Below, piece after piece: positions 36,114 to 50,800 of a stretch of 64,000 bases of DNA. The stretch is taken from assembly GCF_006345805.1 (NCBI RefSeq), contig NC_043014.1, positions 42,036,001-42,100,000 of the forward strand, written 5' to 3'. The stretch is from Octopus sinensis (taxonomy: Eukaryota). Under the pieces are notes generated by a model that did not search any database, was not told the DNA's origin, and was given only the letters and a program-made list of their open reading frames with translations. Each line of letters begins with the position of its first letter. Within the stretch, counting starts at the first letter, position 1. The position numbers were made by a program, and so were the translations under genes.

Positions 36114-38699
36114 GTAAGTAGTACCGGTTGTTAAGGCTGAAACAGTTTGGTGACAATGGGGCTTTTGTAAAGGACCCTAACGTAACATAACTGTAAATTG
36201 CAATGTTTGTGTATATAAAGACATATTAGGGAGTTGTACAGGAAGAGACAAAAGACCTGGGTTCATTCCTGAGCTGTACAACTACAGGTTTTTATTTTCG
36301 TTTTAATCTAATAATCAAGCAAGACAGATGTGTTTGCAATTATTTATAACAGAATAGTTATAGGAAGTAGTTGCTTAACCCCAAATCAGACCCAATTGAT
36401 TAAAGCTATGATCAATTACACTCCAGTCATGACCAACCAGTCTTTCTTTTAATATATCAGTGCTAAAATAAAAAACTTTTGGTATATTGTTTGACAATGG
36501 CACAGGTGTGGCTGTGTGGTAAGAAGCTTGCTTCTCAACCACATGGTTCCAGGTTCAGTCCTGCTGTGTGGAACCTTGGGCAAGTGTCTTCTACTAGAGC
36601 CTCGGGCTGACCAAAGCTTTGTGAGTGGATTTAGCAGATGGAAACTGAATGAAGGCCATCATATATAATGTGTGTGTGTGTCTTTGCATCTGTGGTTTCC
36701 CCCCCACCATCACTTGACAACCAGCATCGGTGCGTTTATGCCCCTGTAACTAAGCGGTTCAGCAAAAGAGACTGATAGAATAAGTACTAGGCTTACAAAG
36801 AATAAGTCCTGGGGTTGATTTCTTCACCTAAAAACACCCTTTAAGGCTGTGCCCCAGCATGGCCACAGTCAAATGACTGAAACAAGTAAAAGAATGAAAG
36901 AATGACATATTTCTAGTGTGTCTTGTCAAATATCATTTCATGTTCTTTTTAATTGGTATGCTATATTTGGGAGAATTTGGCTGTTTTTTCTAGTCAGTCA
37001 TACAACCACATAGAGGATCCCGTGTCTTTTTCAATGTAAAGTTATAGAAATATGTGTCTACAATGAGGTTAAGCAGCTTTCTGCCTAACCATGTGGTCTC
37101 AGGTTCAATCCCACTGCATGGCACTTTGGACAAGTGTCTTCTACTCTTCCTACAGGCCAATCAAAGCCTTATGAATGAATTTGATAGACATAAACTAAAA
37201 GATATCCCTCATATAGAAGACACACACACACAAGCACACACACACGCACACATACACACACACATTTATTGACAACCATGCAACAGGTTACATGCTGTCA
37301 ATAACATTCAAGAACATGGATCTCCAAAGTGGTCAATATCGACCTCTGAGGGTCAATGGCACTATTCAAGGGATAAATGCACATCTACTTAATTATTATT
37401 ATTATTTATTTATTTATTCAAGGCAGCGAGCTGGCAGAATCATTAGCACGCCAGGTGAAATGCTTAGCAGTATTTCATCTGCCACTACGTTCTGAGTTCA
37501 AATTCCACCAAGGTCGACTTTGCCTTTCATCCTTTCAGGGTCAATGAAATAAGTACCAGTTATGCACTGGGGTTAATGTAATCAACTAGCCCCTTTCCCC
37601 AAAAATTTTCAAGGCCTTGTGCCTAGAGTAGAAACAATCATTTATTTTCTTGTACATGTCTGGGGGTTGTTGAGGGAGTCAAGGATTCCATGAAGGGGTC
37701 AATGGTCTAAAAAGTTTGGGGACCCCTGCTCAACAGTGACCTGACTTTGTAAATGAATGTCGCTATCAAACAAACAGTGTTCTTTCCCAATCTTCCATGA
37801 AAACATGGCAAAATATTACCTTATTTGGAAGCAGGTGAGGGTTGGCAACAAGAAGAGCATCCAATTGTAGGGAATGTAAAAAAGCACCCACTACACTCTT
37901 GAAGTGGTTTGCGTTAGGAAGAGCATCTAGCTGTAGCAACACTGTCAGATCAGATTGGAGCCTGGTGCAGCCTCCTGGCTTGCCAGCCCTCAGTCAAACC
38001 GTCCAACCCATGGAAAGCAGATGTTAGACAACAACGACGATGATGATATACTGTATTAAAATAAGAACTACAATAATAGTGCACATTAAATGATATTCGT
38101 GAAGGCACATGGCTCAGTGGTTAGAGCGTCGAGCTTACAATCGTGAGGTTGTGAGTTCGAATCCTGGACCAGGCTGCGTGTTGTGTTCTTGAGCAAGACA
38201 CTTTATTTCACGTTGCTCCAGGTAGAAATGAGTTGCGACGTCACAGGTGCCAAGCTGTATCGGCCTTTGCCTTTCCCTTGGATAACATCGGTGGCATGGA
38301 GAGGGGAGGCTGGTAAGTATGGGTGACTGCTGGTCTTCCATAAACAACCTTGCCCGGACTTGTGCCTGGGAGGGTAACTTTCTAGGTGCAATCCCATGGT
38401 CAGTGTCGTGACCGAAGGGGGTCTCAGTAAATGATATTTATCTCTTACTGGAATTAGTAGACTAAATCCCTCTCAAATCACATCCTTGGGTCTTAAAATG
38501 GGAATGACCCTTTGGATAATGTAGTCCTACATGTAGAAAAATGATGGGACAGTCATAAAACATTCTTTATTATTAATTTTTTTTTTGTCAAAGAACATGC
38601 TTCAGGATAGATCTGCTCAGTAAAGACTGACCTAGGGCTAAACAGCAACAACAACTGTAGCAGTAGTAGTAGTAGTAGTAGCAGCACTTGTATTTAATT

Positions 38700-39112
38700 T
38701 AATGTAATAGGTACTCTTTACACTTTTACTTGTTTCAGTCATTTGACTGTGGCCATGCTGGAGCACCACCTTTTTAGTCGATCAAATCGTCCCCGGGACT
38801 TATTCTTTGTAAGCCTAGTACTTATTCTATCGGTCTCTTTTGCCGAACCACTAAGTTACGGGGACGTAAACACACCAGCATCAGTTGTCAAGCGATGTTA
38901 GGGGGGGGGGACAAACACAACCATATACACACACACACACACACATATACATATATATGTATACAGTTTCCATCTACCAAATCCACTCACAAGGCTTTGG
39001 TCGGCCCGAGGCTATAGTAGAAGACACTTGCCCAAGGTGCCATGCAGTGGGACTGAACTCGGAACCATGTGGTTGGTAAGCAAGCTACTTACCACACAGC
39101 CACTCCTGCGCC

Positions 39113-39146
<34 letters not shown>

Positions 39147-39510
39147 TATATACGACGGGCTTCTTTCAGTTTCCGTCTACCAAATCCACTCACAAGGCTT
39201 TGGTTGGCCCGAGGCTATAGTAGAAGACACTTGCCCAAGGTGCCATGCAGTGGGACTGAACTCGGAACCATGTGGTTGGTAAGCAAGCTACTTACCACAC
39301 AGCCACTCCTGCGCCTATATATATATATATATATATATACATATATACGACGGGCTTCTTTCAGTTTCCATCTACCAAATCCACTCACAAGGCTTTGGTC
39401 GGCCCGAGGCTATAGTAGAAGACACTTGCCCAAGGTGCCATGCAGTGGGACTGAACTCGGAACCATGTGGCTGGTAAGCAAGCTACTTACCACACAGCCA
39501 CTCCTACGCC
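38700..39510 (-). mobile_element. family A SINE with head tandemly triplicated
   Basis: Three ~180-bp near-identical head units separated by (TA)n. Confidence 0.85.
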
Positions 39511-40595
39511 TATTTCATATAAATCTGCACATAAGATGGAGAACGACACACGGAAGTGATAACGTCAACAGCAGCCCCGACTTAAATTGCATTAATCTGC
39601 AGGAAATATGTGCTGGCTTTTGGTTTAAAGATAGGGTACATCTGGTATCTATTGGTAGGCGGAATACAAGGGGTCAGCATGCACATGTGTGTGAGGGGGT
39701 GGCAGTAATGCATGGAGCAGTAAGGCAGGGGTACGGGGGAAATGTAAAGGGGATAACGGAGCAAAAATAATTTGAGGTGGTGGAAAGAGGTGGGGTAGAA
39801 TATTTTGGAGTTAACAGCGGGTAGCATCAGGGGTAGGAAGAAGATTGGTGGAAATGAAAGTGGTGGGTGTATAGAGAGTGGAAAGTATGGTGTGGGAGGT
39901 GGAAAGTGAGAGAGAGAGAAAAAGAGAAAGAGAGGGGATAGCTAAAATATTTTTTTATACAACAGGAAGAGGGGGCATCTCTCCTTCTCTCTATCTGCCT
40001 ATCTTCCACCCACACTTTCTTAATCTCTGTTTTTCTATCTCTCAATCTATACCTGGAATGAGTGAATTCGTCCGTTTATCTATCCATCTTATTGACAATA
40101 CACACAAATAGACATGAATAAGTGTATACATACATACATATATATATATATATTCATCATTTAACGTCTGTTTTCCGTGCTAGCATGGGTTGGACGGTTC
40201 AACTGGGGTCTGGGAAGCCAGGAGGCTGCACCAGGCTCCAGTCTGATCTGGCAGTGTTTCTACAGCTGGACGCCCTTCCTAACGCCAACCATTCCATGAG
40301 TGTAATGGGTGCTTTTTACGTGCCACCGGCACAGGGGCCAGAGTAGGCTGGCAACGGCAATGTTCGGTTGGTGCTTTTTACGTGCCACATATATATATAC
40401 ATACATATATGCAGACAGACAGACACATTCATGCACACACACATTCAGATAAAGACACATATACACACACACATATATTCATAAACACACACACACACAC
40501 ACACACATATGCATTTGACAGTGCTTAACAAGACCAATGTGAGATGAACAGTAAAAACTGAATGATTTGTAATCAAACACATACAAATACTCATA

Positions 40596-40631
<36 letters not shown>

Positions 40632-40816
40632 CACACACTTACACACATACACACACACAAATATGCACTTACACACAGACACCTACTCACACATACATGT
40701 GTATACCATAGATGTCATTTATGAGTAAATAAACTGCCAAATTTCTTTCAATTTAGTCCAACAGAAAGCAACTGTGGCAGATAAATAAATTGACAACACA
40801 TAAATGTGAGTGTATA

Positions 40817-40853
<37 letters not shown>

Positions 40854-41157
40854 GTGTAAAGTGAGAGAGATCATACTGGAAGTATTAAGGTGAAAAGGAG
40901 AAGGCGGAGGGTTAAATTAAACAATGTTTATACATACAAATATAAACATGCAACTAATACACTGCAAGTGCACAAACACACACCCATACACACACATACA
41001 CAATACTATGTTGATGTATATTGAAATTTACATGTCCACACATGTGTACAGACACACACAAGCACCACATGTGTACTTTCATTGAAGCACAAATGAATAA
41101 AATAAATGGGTAAATGAAAAAGGAAAAAAAAGACAAGGTCGAAGGACATATATATAT

Positions 41158-41247
<90 letters not shown>

Positions 41248-42074
41248 TGCATAATATGTACACACATACATACACGACCAAAAAGGGTTTCATCATCATC
41301 ATTATTTAAGGCGCAGGAGTAGCTATGTGGTAAGTAGCTTGTTCATCAACCACATGGTTCCAGGTTCAGTCCCACTACTGACACCTTGGGCAAGTTTCTT
41401 CTACTATAACCCCGGGCCGACCAAAGCCTTGTGAGTGGATTTGGTTGACAGAAACTGAAAGTAGCCCATCATGCATGCATGCATGCATGTATGTATGTAT
41501 GTATGCATGCATGCATGTATGTATGTATGTATGTGCGTGTATATATTTGTGTCTGTGTGTCCCCCCCAACATCACATGACAACCAATGCTGGTGTGATTA
41601 CGTCCCTGTAACTTAGCGATTCAGTAAAAGAGACCGATAGAATAAGTATTAGGTTTACATAGAATAAGTACCAAGATCGAATTGCTCAACTAAAGGTGGT
41701 GCTCCAGCATGGCCACAGCCAAATGACTGAAACAAGTAAAAGAATAAAAGAATCTGTTTTCCATGCTGGCATGGGTGGGATGGTTTGACAGGAGCTAGCT
41801 AGGCAGAGGACTGTAAGTAACCAGACTTCCCTGTTTGTTTTGGCATGGATTTTATGGCTGGATGCCCTTCCTAATGCCAAACACCTTACAGAGTGGACTG
41901 AGTGTTTTTTACATGGCACCAGCACTGCTACCAAAAAGGCTTCCCTTAGAGGACAATAGCTTGTCAATACTACCCTTTCTTCTGTCACTGAACCCCACCT
42001 CACCCATCCATTGTACCTAATTGCAAAATACAGCAGTTATCGGACTGGGTCCTATAATATCTCCTATCTGTTAA

Positions 42075-42850
42075 GGTAGCGAGCTGGTACAATCATTAGC
42101 ACGCCAGGTATTTAGCGGTATTTCGTCTGTCGTAACGTTCTGTGTTCAAATTCCACTGAGGTCAACTTTGCCTTTCATCCTTTCGGGGTCGATAAATTAA
42201 GTACCAGTTACGCACTGGGGTCGATATAATCAACTTAATCTGGGTGTCTGTCTTTGTTTGTCCTCTCTGTATTTAGCCCCTTGTGGGTAGTAAAGAAATA
42301 GGTATTTCATATGTCTTGATGTTCTGAGTTCAAATGCCGCCACGGTCGACTTTGCCTTTCATCCTTTCGGGGTCGATAAATTAAGAACCAGTTACGCACT
42401 GGGGTCGATATAATCGACTTAATCCGTGTGTCTGTCTTTGTTTGTCCTCTCTGTATTTAGCCCCTTGTGGGTAGTAAAGAAATAGGTATTTCGTCTATCT
42501 TGATGTTCTGAGTTCAAATGCCGCCACGGTCGACTTTGCTTTTCATCCTTTCGGGGTCGATAAATTAAGTACCAGTTACGCACTGGGGTCGATATAATCG
42601 ACTTAATCCGTGTGTCTGTCTTTGTTTGTCCTCTCTGTATTTAGCCCCTTGTGGGTAGTAAAGAAATAGGTATTTCGTCTATCTTGATGTTCTGAGTTCA
42701 AATGCCGCCACGGTCGACTTTGCTTTTCATCCTTTCGGGGTTGATAAATTAAGTACCAGTTACGCACTGGGGTCGATGTAATCGACTTAATTCCATTTGT
42801 CCGTCCTTGTTTGTCCCTTCTATCTTTAGCCCCTTGTGGGCAATAAAGAG
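42075..42850 (+). mobile_element. tRNA-derived SINE (family B) with four tandem ~183-bp body units
   Basis: GGCGAGCTGGCAGAA-type head, GAGTTCAAATTCC B box; units rejoin at AAAGAAATA|GGTATTTC; also at 5610-5960, 10780-11310, 27045-27390, 58918-59340, 63490-63720(-). Confidence 0.88.
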
Positions 42851-42988
42851 ATAAGAAATAAGAAATAACAAACATACATAACACATACAGATTTATGCAC
42901 AAACATACATAGGGACAGACAGGCAGGCAGGCAGGCAGACAGACAGACAGACAGACAGATAATGGTATTATGAAAGAGCTAAACTTAC

Positions 42989-43085
42989 CACTTCAGTTGG
43001 ACGGTTATATTTAGGATTAATCTTGACACGGACTTTGCCAGTTTTCTTATCTTTACCAACTTCATCAACACCTTTACCTTCCCAC
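42989..43085 (-). CDS. GMDS: GMDS exon ([32 protein letters not shown])
   Basis: 97 nt, ttttcag/gtaagt. Confidence 0.95.
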
Positions 43086-43559
43086 CTGAAAATGCACAGA
43101 GAGAGAGAGAGAGAAAAACCTTTAAAGTACAATTTACTAACACAAAATAAACTGTTGATGATAAAGATGGAATCAGTAACACACAGCACTATTGTTCATT
43201 CTTCTCTTACTTACTTACATAAGCTCAGAGTGGAGAAGGCTTACCACAAGATCTATGAAATCATTTGAAAATAATTTTTTTTTATAAAATGTGTGATTTG
43301 TGGATATCATACATGCATGCACACACATATACATATTAGGCTTCTTTGTAGTTTCCATTTGGCATATTGATTCACAAAAAGAAAAGGGGTTTTGGTTCGC
43401 CAAGGGCTGTAGTGGAAGACACTTGCCGAAAGTGCTGCACAGAATGCACTGAACCCAAAACCACACAGCCATGTGTACCATGTGTGTGTGTGTGTGTGTG
43501 TGTGCACATACATGCAAACATACACTCACATGGACACAGAGACAGATAGACAGACAGAC

Positions 43560-43779
43560 ATACATATAGATAGATAGACAGATAGATAGACAGACAAATA
43601 GACAGACAGACAGATAGATAGACAGACAGACAGACAGATAGATAGATAGACATACATATACACAGACAGCTAGACAGATACATACATACACACACACACA
43701 TACATACGTACACAGATAGATAGAGACAAAGATAGATAGATAGCTACAAAAATAGATAGATAGATAGATAGATAGATAC

Positions 43780-43822
<43 letters not shown>

Positions 43823-43823
43823 C

Positions 43824-43862
<39 letters not shown>

Positions 43863-43863
43863 C

Positions 43864-43910
<47 letters not shown>

Positions 43911-43939
43911 CAAAGATAGATAGATAGATAGATAGATAC

Positions 43940-43992
<53 letters not shown>

Positions 43993-44145
43993 CAGGCAGA
44001 CAGACAGACAGAGATAGATAGACAGAGATAGATAGACATAAACATAAAGATAAATAGATAGACAAACAGATAGAGATACACAAAAAGATAGATAGATAGA
44101 CAGAGATACACAGAAAGATAGATAGATAGACAGATAGATAGAAAT
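43560..44145. repeat. compound (GATA)n/(GACA)n microsatellite
   Basis: Direct inspection. Confidence 0.95.
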
Positions 44146-44624
44146 GTTTATATACATACACACTCCATTTACTAAACAATGTCTGTTCCACTACCTCCCA
44201 CACTGCAGCCACCCCACCACGACCATCACCACCCTACTTTCTCTAACAACTCCAAATTTCTTTATCTGATTCTTAAAGTTGTTTTTAAAGACGTGCGGGA
44301 GGAAGGTTTAGGATAAGGTGCCGCCAACAACCATACCAAAGGTAGAATTCTGTAACTATTTTCTGGTAATTATCTAAATGTCTGTTATCAGAGAGATAGA
44401 GCAAACATGAAACACGGGATGATCCCAGAGGATTACATCAGCTGATAATCTGGGTAGAGATGTTGGTCTTGAAGGGTCACAGAGGGAATATCAACGCCAG
44501 CCTCCGTTGGCTGTAATGGATCATCATATTTAGGGAATACCACACACATACATGCGTACACACATATGCGTGTACAGATATGTATTCATACAGTCTTACA
44601 TGCATAAATATACTCTTAAATGCA

Positions 44625-44686
<62 letters not shown>

Positions 44687-45338
44687 TGCATCTACATATA
44701 TACACACATACGTGCATGTACACATAGAGATACATACATACATGTACACATACAGATACATACATATACACATACACACACACATGTACACATACACACA
44801 CGTATGTACACATACACACATATATGTACACATACACACACATGTACATATATGGACATATACACACACACATGTACGTATATGTACATATACACATACA
44901 AGTATATATATATATGTATACACACACAAGTATATATATATATATATATATGTGCACACACATATGTACATACATGTAGCCACATACATATATACATACA
45001 AGTACACATACACTCATACATACAAATACACCTACAAGCATAAGATACATGCATGTACATACACACACACACAGATGCATGCGCACACACGCACGCGTTT
45101 ATTTATGTAATACACATTCAAAGATGTATGCCAGTGTTTCCTGAAATGAGCCTGAGTGTATGTGCCTGTGTGTATCTGAGCATGTGTATGTGTGTGGCAT
45201 GAGAAAGAGTGAGAGCAAGAAACAGAGGGAGAGGGGGAGAGAGAGAGAGAGAGTGTGTGTGTTCATTTTTATGCGTCTATGTTCAAACATGTGTATGTTT
45301 ACACTCGAATATGTATTAGTATTTGTGTGTGTGTTTAT

Positions 45339-45382
<44 letters not shown>

Positions 45383-46498
45383 ATGTGTATAAGTACATGC
45401 GTATTATACATGAGAATCAGTCTGTGTTTGTGTGCATGTATAAGAATCAGTGAGTGTGTATAAAAATCAGTGTGTGTATGTGTGTGTATAAGAATCTGTA
45501 TATGTGTATAATAATCAGTATGTGCATGTATGTGTGTGTGTGTGTGTGCATATGTTATGCCGGCCACATTGTTGTTGTCATTATCATTGTATGTGTGTAT
45601 GTGTACTTGTGCGTGTGTATAATTCTCAGGGAGTGTGTATAAAAATCAATGTGTGTCTGTGTGTGTGTATAAGAATTTGTGTGTGTGTGTATATATATAT
45701 ATATATAAGAATCAATGTGTGGATGTGCTTGTTTGTAGAAGTGTCAGTATGCATGTGTATGTGTGTGTGTGTGTGTGTGTGTGAGAGTGTGCGTGTGTGT
45801 GAGAGTGTGTGTGTGAGTGTGTGTGCGTGTGTGTGTATGTGTGTGTGTATGTGTGTATGTGTGTGTGTGTGCCAGCCACATTATCGTCGTCAAAAGGTGG
45901 GAAATCAGATTTTAACTTCAAAAACATTCGAAAAATTCCCAACCTGCCCCGGAAAATTAATCATATTTTGTTAAACAACACTTAATTTGCGCTTGTTTCC
46001 CCTCGTGTGTACACGTGCTCACACACACACACACACACACATCCATGCACACATCCATACACACATCCACGCACACACACAAACACGCACACACACACAT
46101 CCACACACACACATCCACATCCACACACACATCCACACACACACATCCATACACACACACACACACACATCCATACACACACACACACAAACACACATCC
46201 ACACACACACACATCCACACCACACACACACACACATCCATACACACACACATGCACGCACACACATACATACCCGCAAAATACACAAACTGTACAAAAG
46301 GATTGAGGTTATGAAAATAACAATAACGTTTTGCAACAACAATAACAACAACAACAACAGTAATAGTATTGGAAGGAGTAATAACAGCAATAACAACAAC
46401 ACGATGAATAACCACGACAGAAGAAGAACAACAATAAATAACAGAAGTAATAACATTTCTTAATTGGTTTACAAGATTACAGTTCCATATAGGAAACA

Positions 46499-46568
<70 letters not shown>

Positions 46569-47112
46569 TAAAACATAAAGACAGCTGTTCCACCTGTCAG
46601 TGATGAAGAAAGCAGATTGGACGGCTTTTTTTTTTGGTGGGGGGTTTGGGGTTTTTTACTTTTTCAGTTAAACATCTTCCATAGATTTTTTCCAAATAAC
46701 ACACAGACAGACAGCAATAAAGGACGAGAGAGAGAGACAGAGAGACAGAGAGACAGGGGGGAGAGAGAGGGAGGGAAACAAACAGACAGAGTGTGATAGA
46801 GAGAGAGAGAGAGAGAGACAGACAGAGGGGGGAGAGGGAGGGAGAGAGACAAACAGACAGGGACAGAGCGTGATAGAGAGAGAGAGAGAGAGAGATAGAG
46901 AGACAGGGAGGGAGCATAAAGGACAGAGAGAGTGAGAGACTAATAGGACCTTTCTTTTAAACATAAGAAAAGGCAGACCAAAGATGTCCTCTTTGATATT
47001 TTCATGTAAAAAGATGACATTACATGGAATCTACTACATGATGGCAAAGACATCATGTTATAAAGACATCATGTTTTGCTCATAATGCATGTATCTATGT
47101 TGGGGACGAAAA

Positions 47113-47180
<68 letters not shown>

Positions 47181-47660
47181 GAGAGTGTTTTTATTGTTGT
47201 TGAGGTTGTTTTTATTGAGATTATTGTTTTAGCTATTTTAATTGTTATCAAGTAAATATTTAAGAAGTCAATGGGACTTTTATTGAAAGATACAGTTCGC
47301 TGAAATACCACAGAAAAAGTAAATGTAGAATGGATGCGTTTGTGTGTATACATAGGATATACGTGTGTGTGTGTGTATGTAAGTGGATGGACAGACAGAC
47401 AGATGGATATTTAGATATATATATATATATACTTGCACATATATATATAAATTTAAATTTAAAGTAATAAGGGTGATAAATTGAATATTAATTTGATTAA
47501 TATCAATTTAAAACCGGTGGTCTAGCATATACAAACATCTGAAGATTCAGAAAAATTATATTACATACATACAAGAGGATTGACCACTACGTGGAAAGAC
47601 CATAGAGGATCTACTTCTAGCATAATGGATATCCATGTAGTGGTCACCCCTCTTATAGGT

Positions 47661-47692
<32 letters not shown>

Positions 47693-47815
47693 CTTCTGTA
47701 AATCATAAATCCCAAAAAGAAACACACTCTAAGTTATAGAGCAGTAGAGAACATAAATAAAGATAGATATGGCTGATCTTTAGAGAGGCCACTTGCTAGA
47801 GAAGTCATAGTCCCA

Positions 47816-47874
47816 GGGTCTGAAGAAACGCTGTAAATCTAAGCGTTTTATGTATGTGAAACCCAGGGTAACCC
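47816..47874 (+). ncRNA. degenerate hammerhead-like motif
   Basis: GGGT-CTGAAGA-AACGCT..AGCGTT-(10-nt insertion)-GAAA-CCCAGGG-TA-ACCC. Confidence 0.35.
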
Positions 47875-50800
47875 CATAGACCAACCATATATATATATAT
47901 ATTCATAAAAAAACAAAAGAAGAAGACAGGTGGTGTACAAAACAAACAGATGCATTAGTATAACACTCAGGAATAGAAAAAGTATTTTACGTTTCGAGCC
48001 TATGCTCTTCTACAGAAAGGGACACAGAAAAAAAATGTGTGTAGTGGCTAACAGTGGAGGCATAGCTGTGTAGTAAGAAGCTTCCTTCCCAGATGCATGG
48101 TTCAGAGTTCAATCCCATTGAGTGGCACCTTGGGCAAGTGTCTTCTACTATAGCATCAGGCCAACCAGACCCTTGTGAGTAGATTTGGTAGATGAAAACT
48201 GAAAGAAGCTTATTGCATGTGTGTGTGTGTGTGTATTTTATTATCATTGTTTTAACACCCAGTTCTTCATGCTTGCTTGAGCTGGACAGAATCTGTCGAG
48301 GTAGATTTTCTACAGCCAGGTGCCCTTCCTGTTGCCAATCCTCACCAGTTTCCAAGTAAAACTAACTTCCCCATGACCAGACATGTTTCCACAGATTATA
48401 GGAAACAAACAATACTACTTGTATGATGATGATGATGTTCATTTGCAACTGACAAAGAGGTAAACACACACACACACACACACGAGATGTTTCTTGCAGT
48501 TTCTACCAAATTCACTCACAAGGCTTTACTTATCCAGTATTATAGTAAAAGGCACTTGTCCAAGGAACCATGCTGTACATTATTTACCATTTGACGGATA
48601 TTTGTCCCCATCTTGTTTGTTGTTAACATGACATTTCTGCTGATGTACTCTCCAGCCTTCATCAGGTGTCTTTGGGAAATTTCAAACCTGGGTTCTCATT
48701 GCTAAGGTATTTTTTAATGTTGTTGTTGTTGTTGTTGTTATTATTATTATTATGATTGTTATTCAAGTCACTGTCTGGAATCGAACTCAGAATTTTGGGG
48801 TTAGTAGTCCGCGCTCTTGACCACTATGCCATATGCCCGGAGGACTAAACTTGAAACCACGTGGTTGGAAAATAAACTTTGTAACCAAACAGCCATGCCT
48901 ACACACACACACACAGACACGTGCATGCATTCATACATTACACACACACACACATGTGCAAGCATTTGTACATTACAGGCACATACAGCATGTCAATGGT
49001 TGTCAGTGAAAGAGAAGGAAAGAAGGAAAAACGTAAAGATGGAAATTGAAAGGTCTTCAATAAAACACAAGAAAGAAAGAAAGAAAGAAAGAAAGAAGGA
49101 AAAAAAGAAAGTGAGAGAGAGAAGGAAAGGAAGAAGGAAAAGCAAAACAGCTTGCTTATTTTACTTTTTAACCTCCATAAACTGAAAATTTATCAAAGGG
49201 AAGCGACCTCATGGAAAACACTTTAACATTGGAAGCAGATTAAAAATATAACAGAGAGTTAATAGGAGTTGTAGTAACAACAACAACAACATCACTAAAC
49301 TAGATTTTTGTGTTTACCTAACAAGCTAAATGCCTTCTCCAGTACAGAATTGTATTTTCAACCATTCCTACTTTTTTTGAAGTTAAACAGTTCGACAGAC
49401 ACTTAAAGATTTCTATGTATTTTGCAGCATTTATTTTGTTACTATTATTATTGTTATTACTATTAAAGGGTTATTAGCATTGTTGTTACTATGACGAAGG
49501 TGGTGGATTGGCAAAAAATCAGGGCATTGGATAAAACACCTTGCAGTATGTGTTCCAGGTTGGTACATTCTGAGTTCAAATCTTGCTACAGTCAACTTTG
49601 CCTTTCGTCCTTTCGAGGTCAATTAAACAAACTACTAAATCAACTATCCCATTCCCTTTAAATTAAAAAAAAATTGCTTGCCTGGTGCCTCAGTGAGAAT
49701 CCATTATTAGTATCTGCAAGCCAGAATCGTTAGCATGCCGGACGAAATGTCGCTAAGCATTTTGTCCATCTTTACGTTCTGAGTTCAAATTCCGCAGAGG
49801 TCAACTTTGCCTTTCATCCTTTTGGGGGTCTATGAATTAGGTACCAGTGAAACACTGGGGTCAATGTAATCAACTAGTTCCCTTCCCTAAAAAATTTCAG
49901 GCCATGTGCCTTTTGTAGAAAGGATTATTATTATCATTATTATTATTATTACAGGTGCAGGAGTGGCTGTGTGGTAAGTAGCTTGTTTACCAACCACATG
50001 GTTCCGGTTCAGTCCCACTGTGTGGCACCTTGGGCAAGTGTCTTCTACTATAGCCTCGGGCCAACCAAAGCCTTGTGAGTGGATTTGGTAGACAGAAACT
50101 GAAAAGAAGCCCGTCGTATATATGTATATATATATATGCATGTGTGTGCTTGTGTGTCTGTGTTTGTCCCCCTAGCATTGCTTGACAACCGATGCTGGTT
50201 CAGCAAAACAGACCGATAGAATAAGTACTGGGCTTACAAAAGAATAAGTCTCGGGGTCGAGTTGCTCGATTAAAGGCGGTGCTCCAGCATGGCTGCAGTC
50301 AAATGACTGAAACAAGTAAAAGAGTAAAGAGTATTATTATAATTATAAGGCAGTGAACTGGCAGAATCGTTAGCATGCTGGATGTAATGCTTTGCAGCAT
50401 TTCACCCATTGCTATGTTCTAAGTTCAAGTTCCACCAAGGTCGACATTGCCTTCCATCCTTTCAGGGTCGATAAATCAAGTACCAGTTAAATACTGGAGT
50501 CGACATAATCAGCTCGTCCACCACCTTCCCCAAGCTGCCCTTGTGGGGAAAAAAACTTTTAATTATTATTATTATTAAGGGTGTTGAAATGATCAGTTGA
50601 GGAAAATTGAACAACCTAAAAAATATTAATGCTACTTTCATCAGAACCATTTCTGGTTATAACAATGCAGAACACACACACACACACACACATATATACA
50701 CACACACATACATATATATACACACACACATGCATATATACACACACACATGCATATGCGCACACACACACACACACACATACATATATATATATACACA

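Noticed and set aside
43215-46499. Many YLSI/CVCV/HTHT ORFs
   Set aside because: Microsatellite translations.
47985-48020. Minus-strand GAAGAGCATAGGCTCGAAACGTA hammerhead-like string
   Set aside because: C3/U4 absent and no stem I; at best a dead relic.
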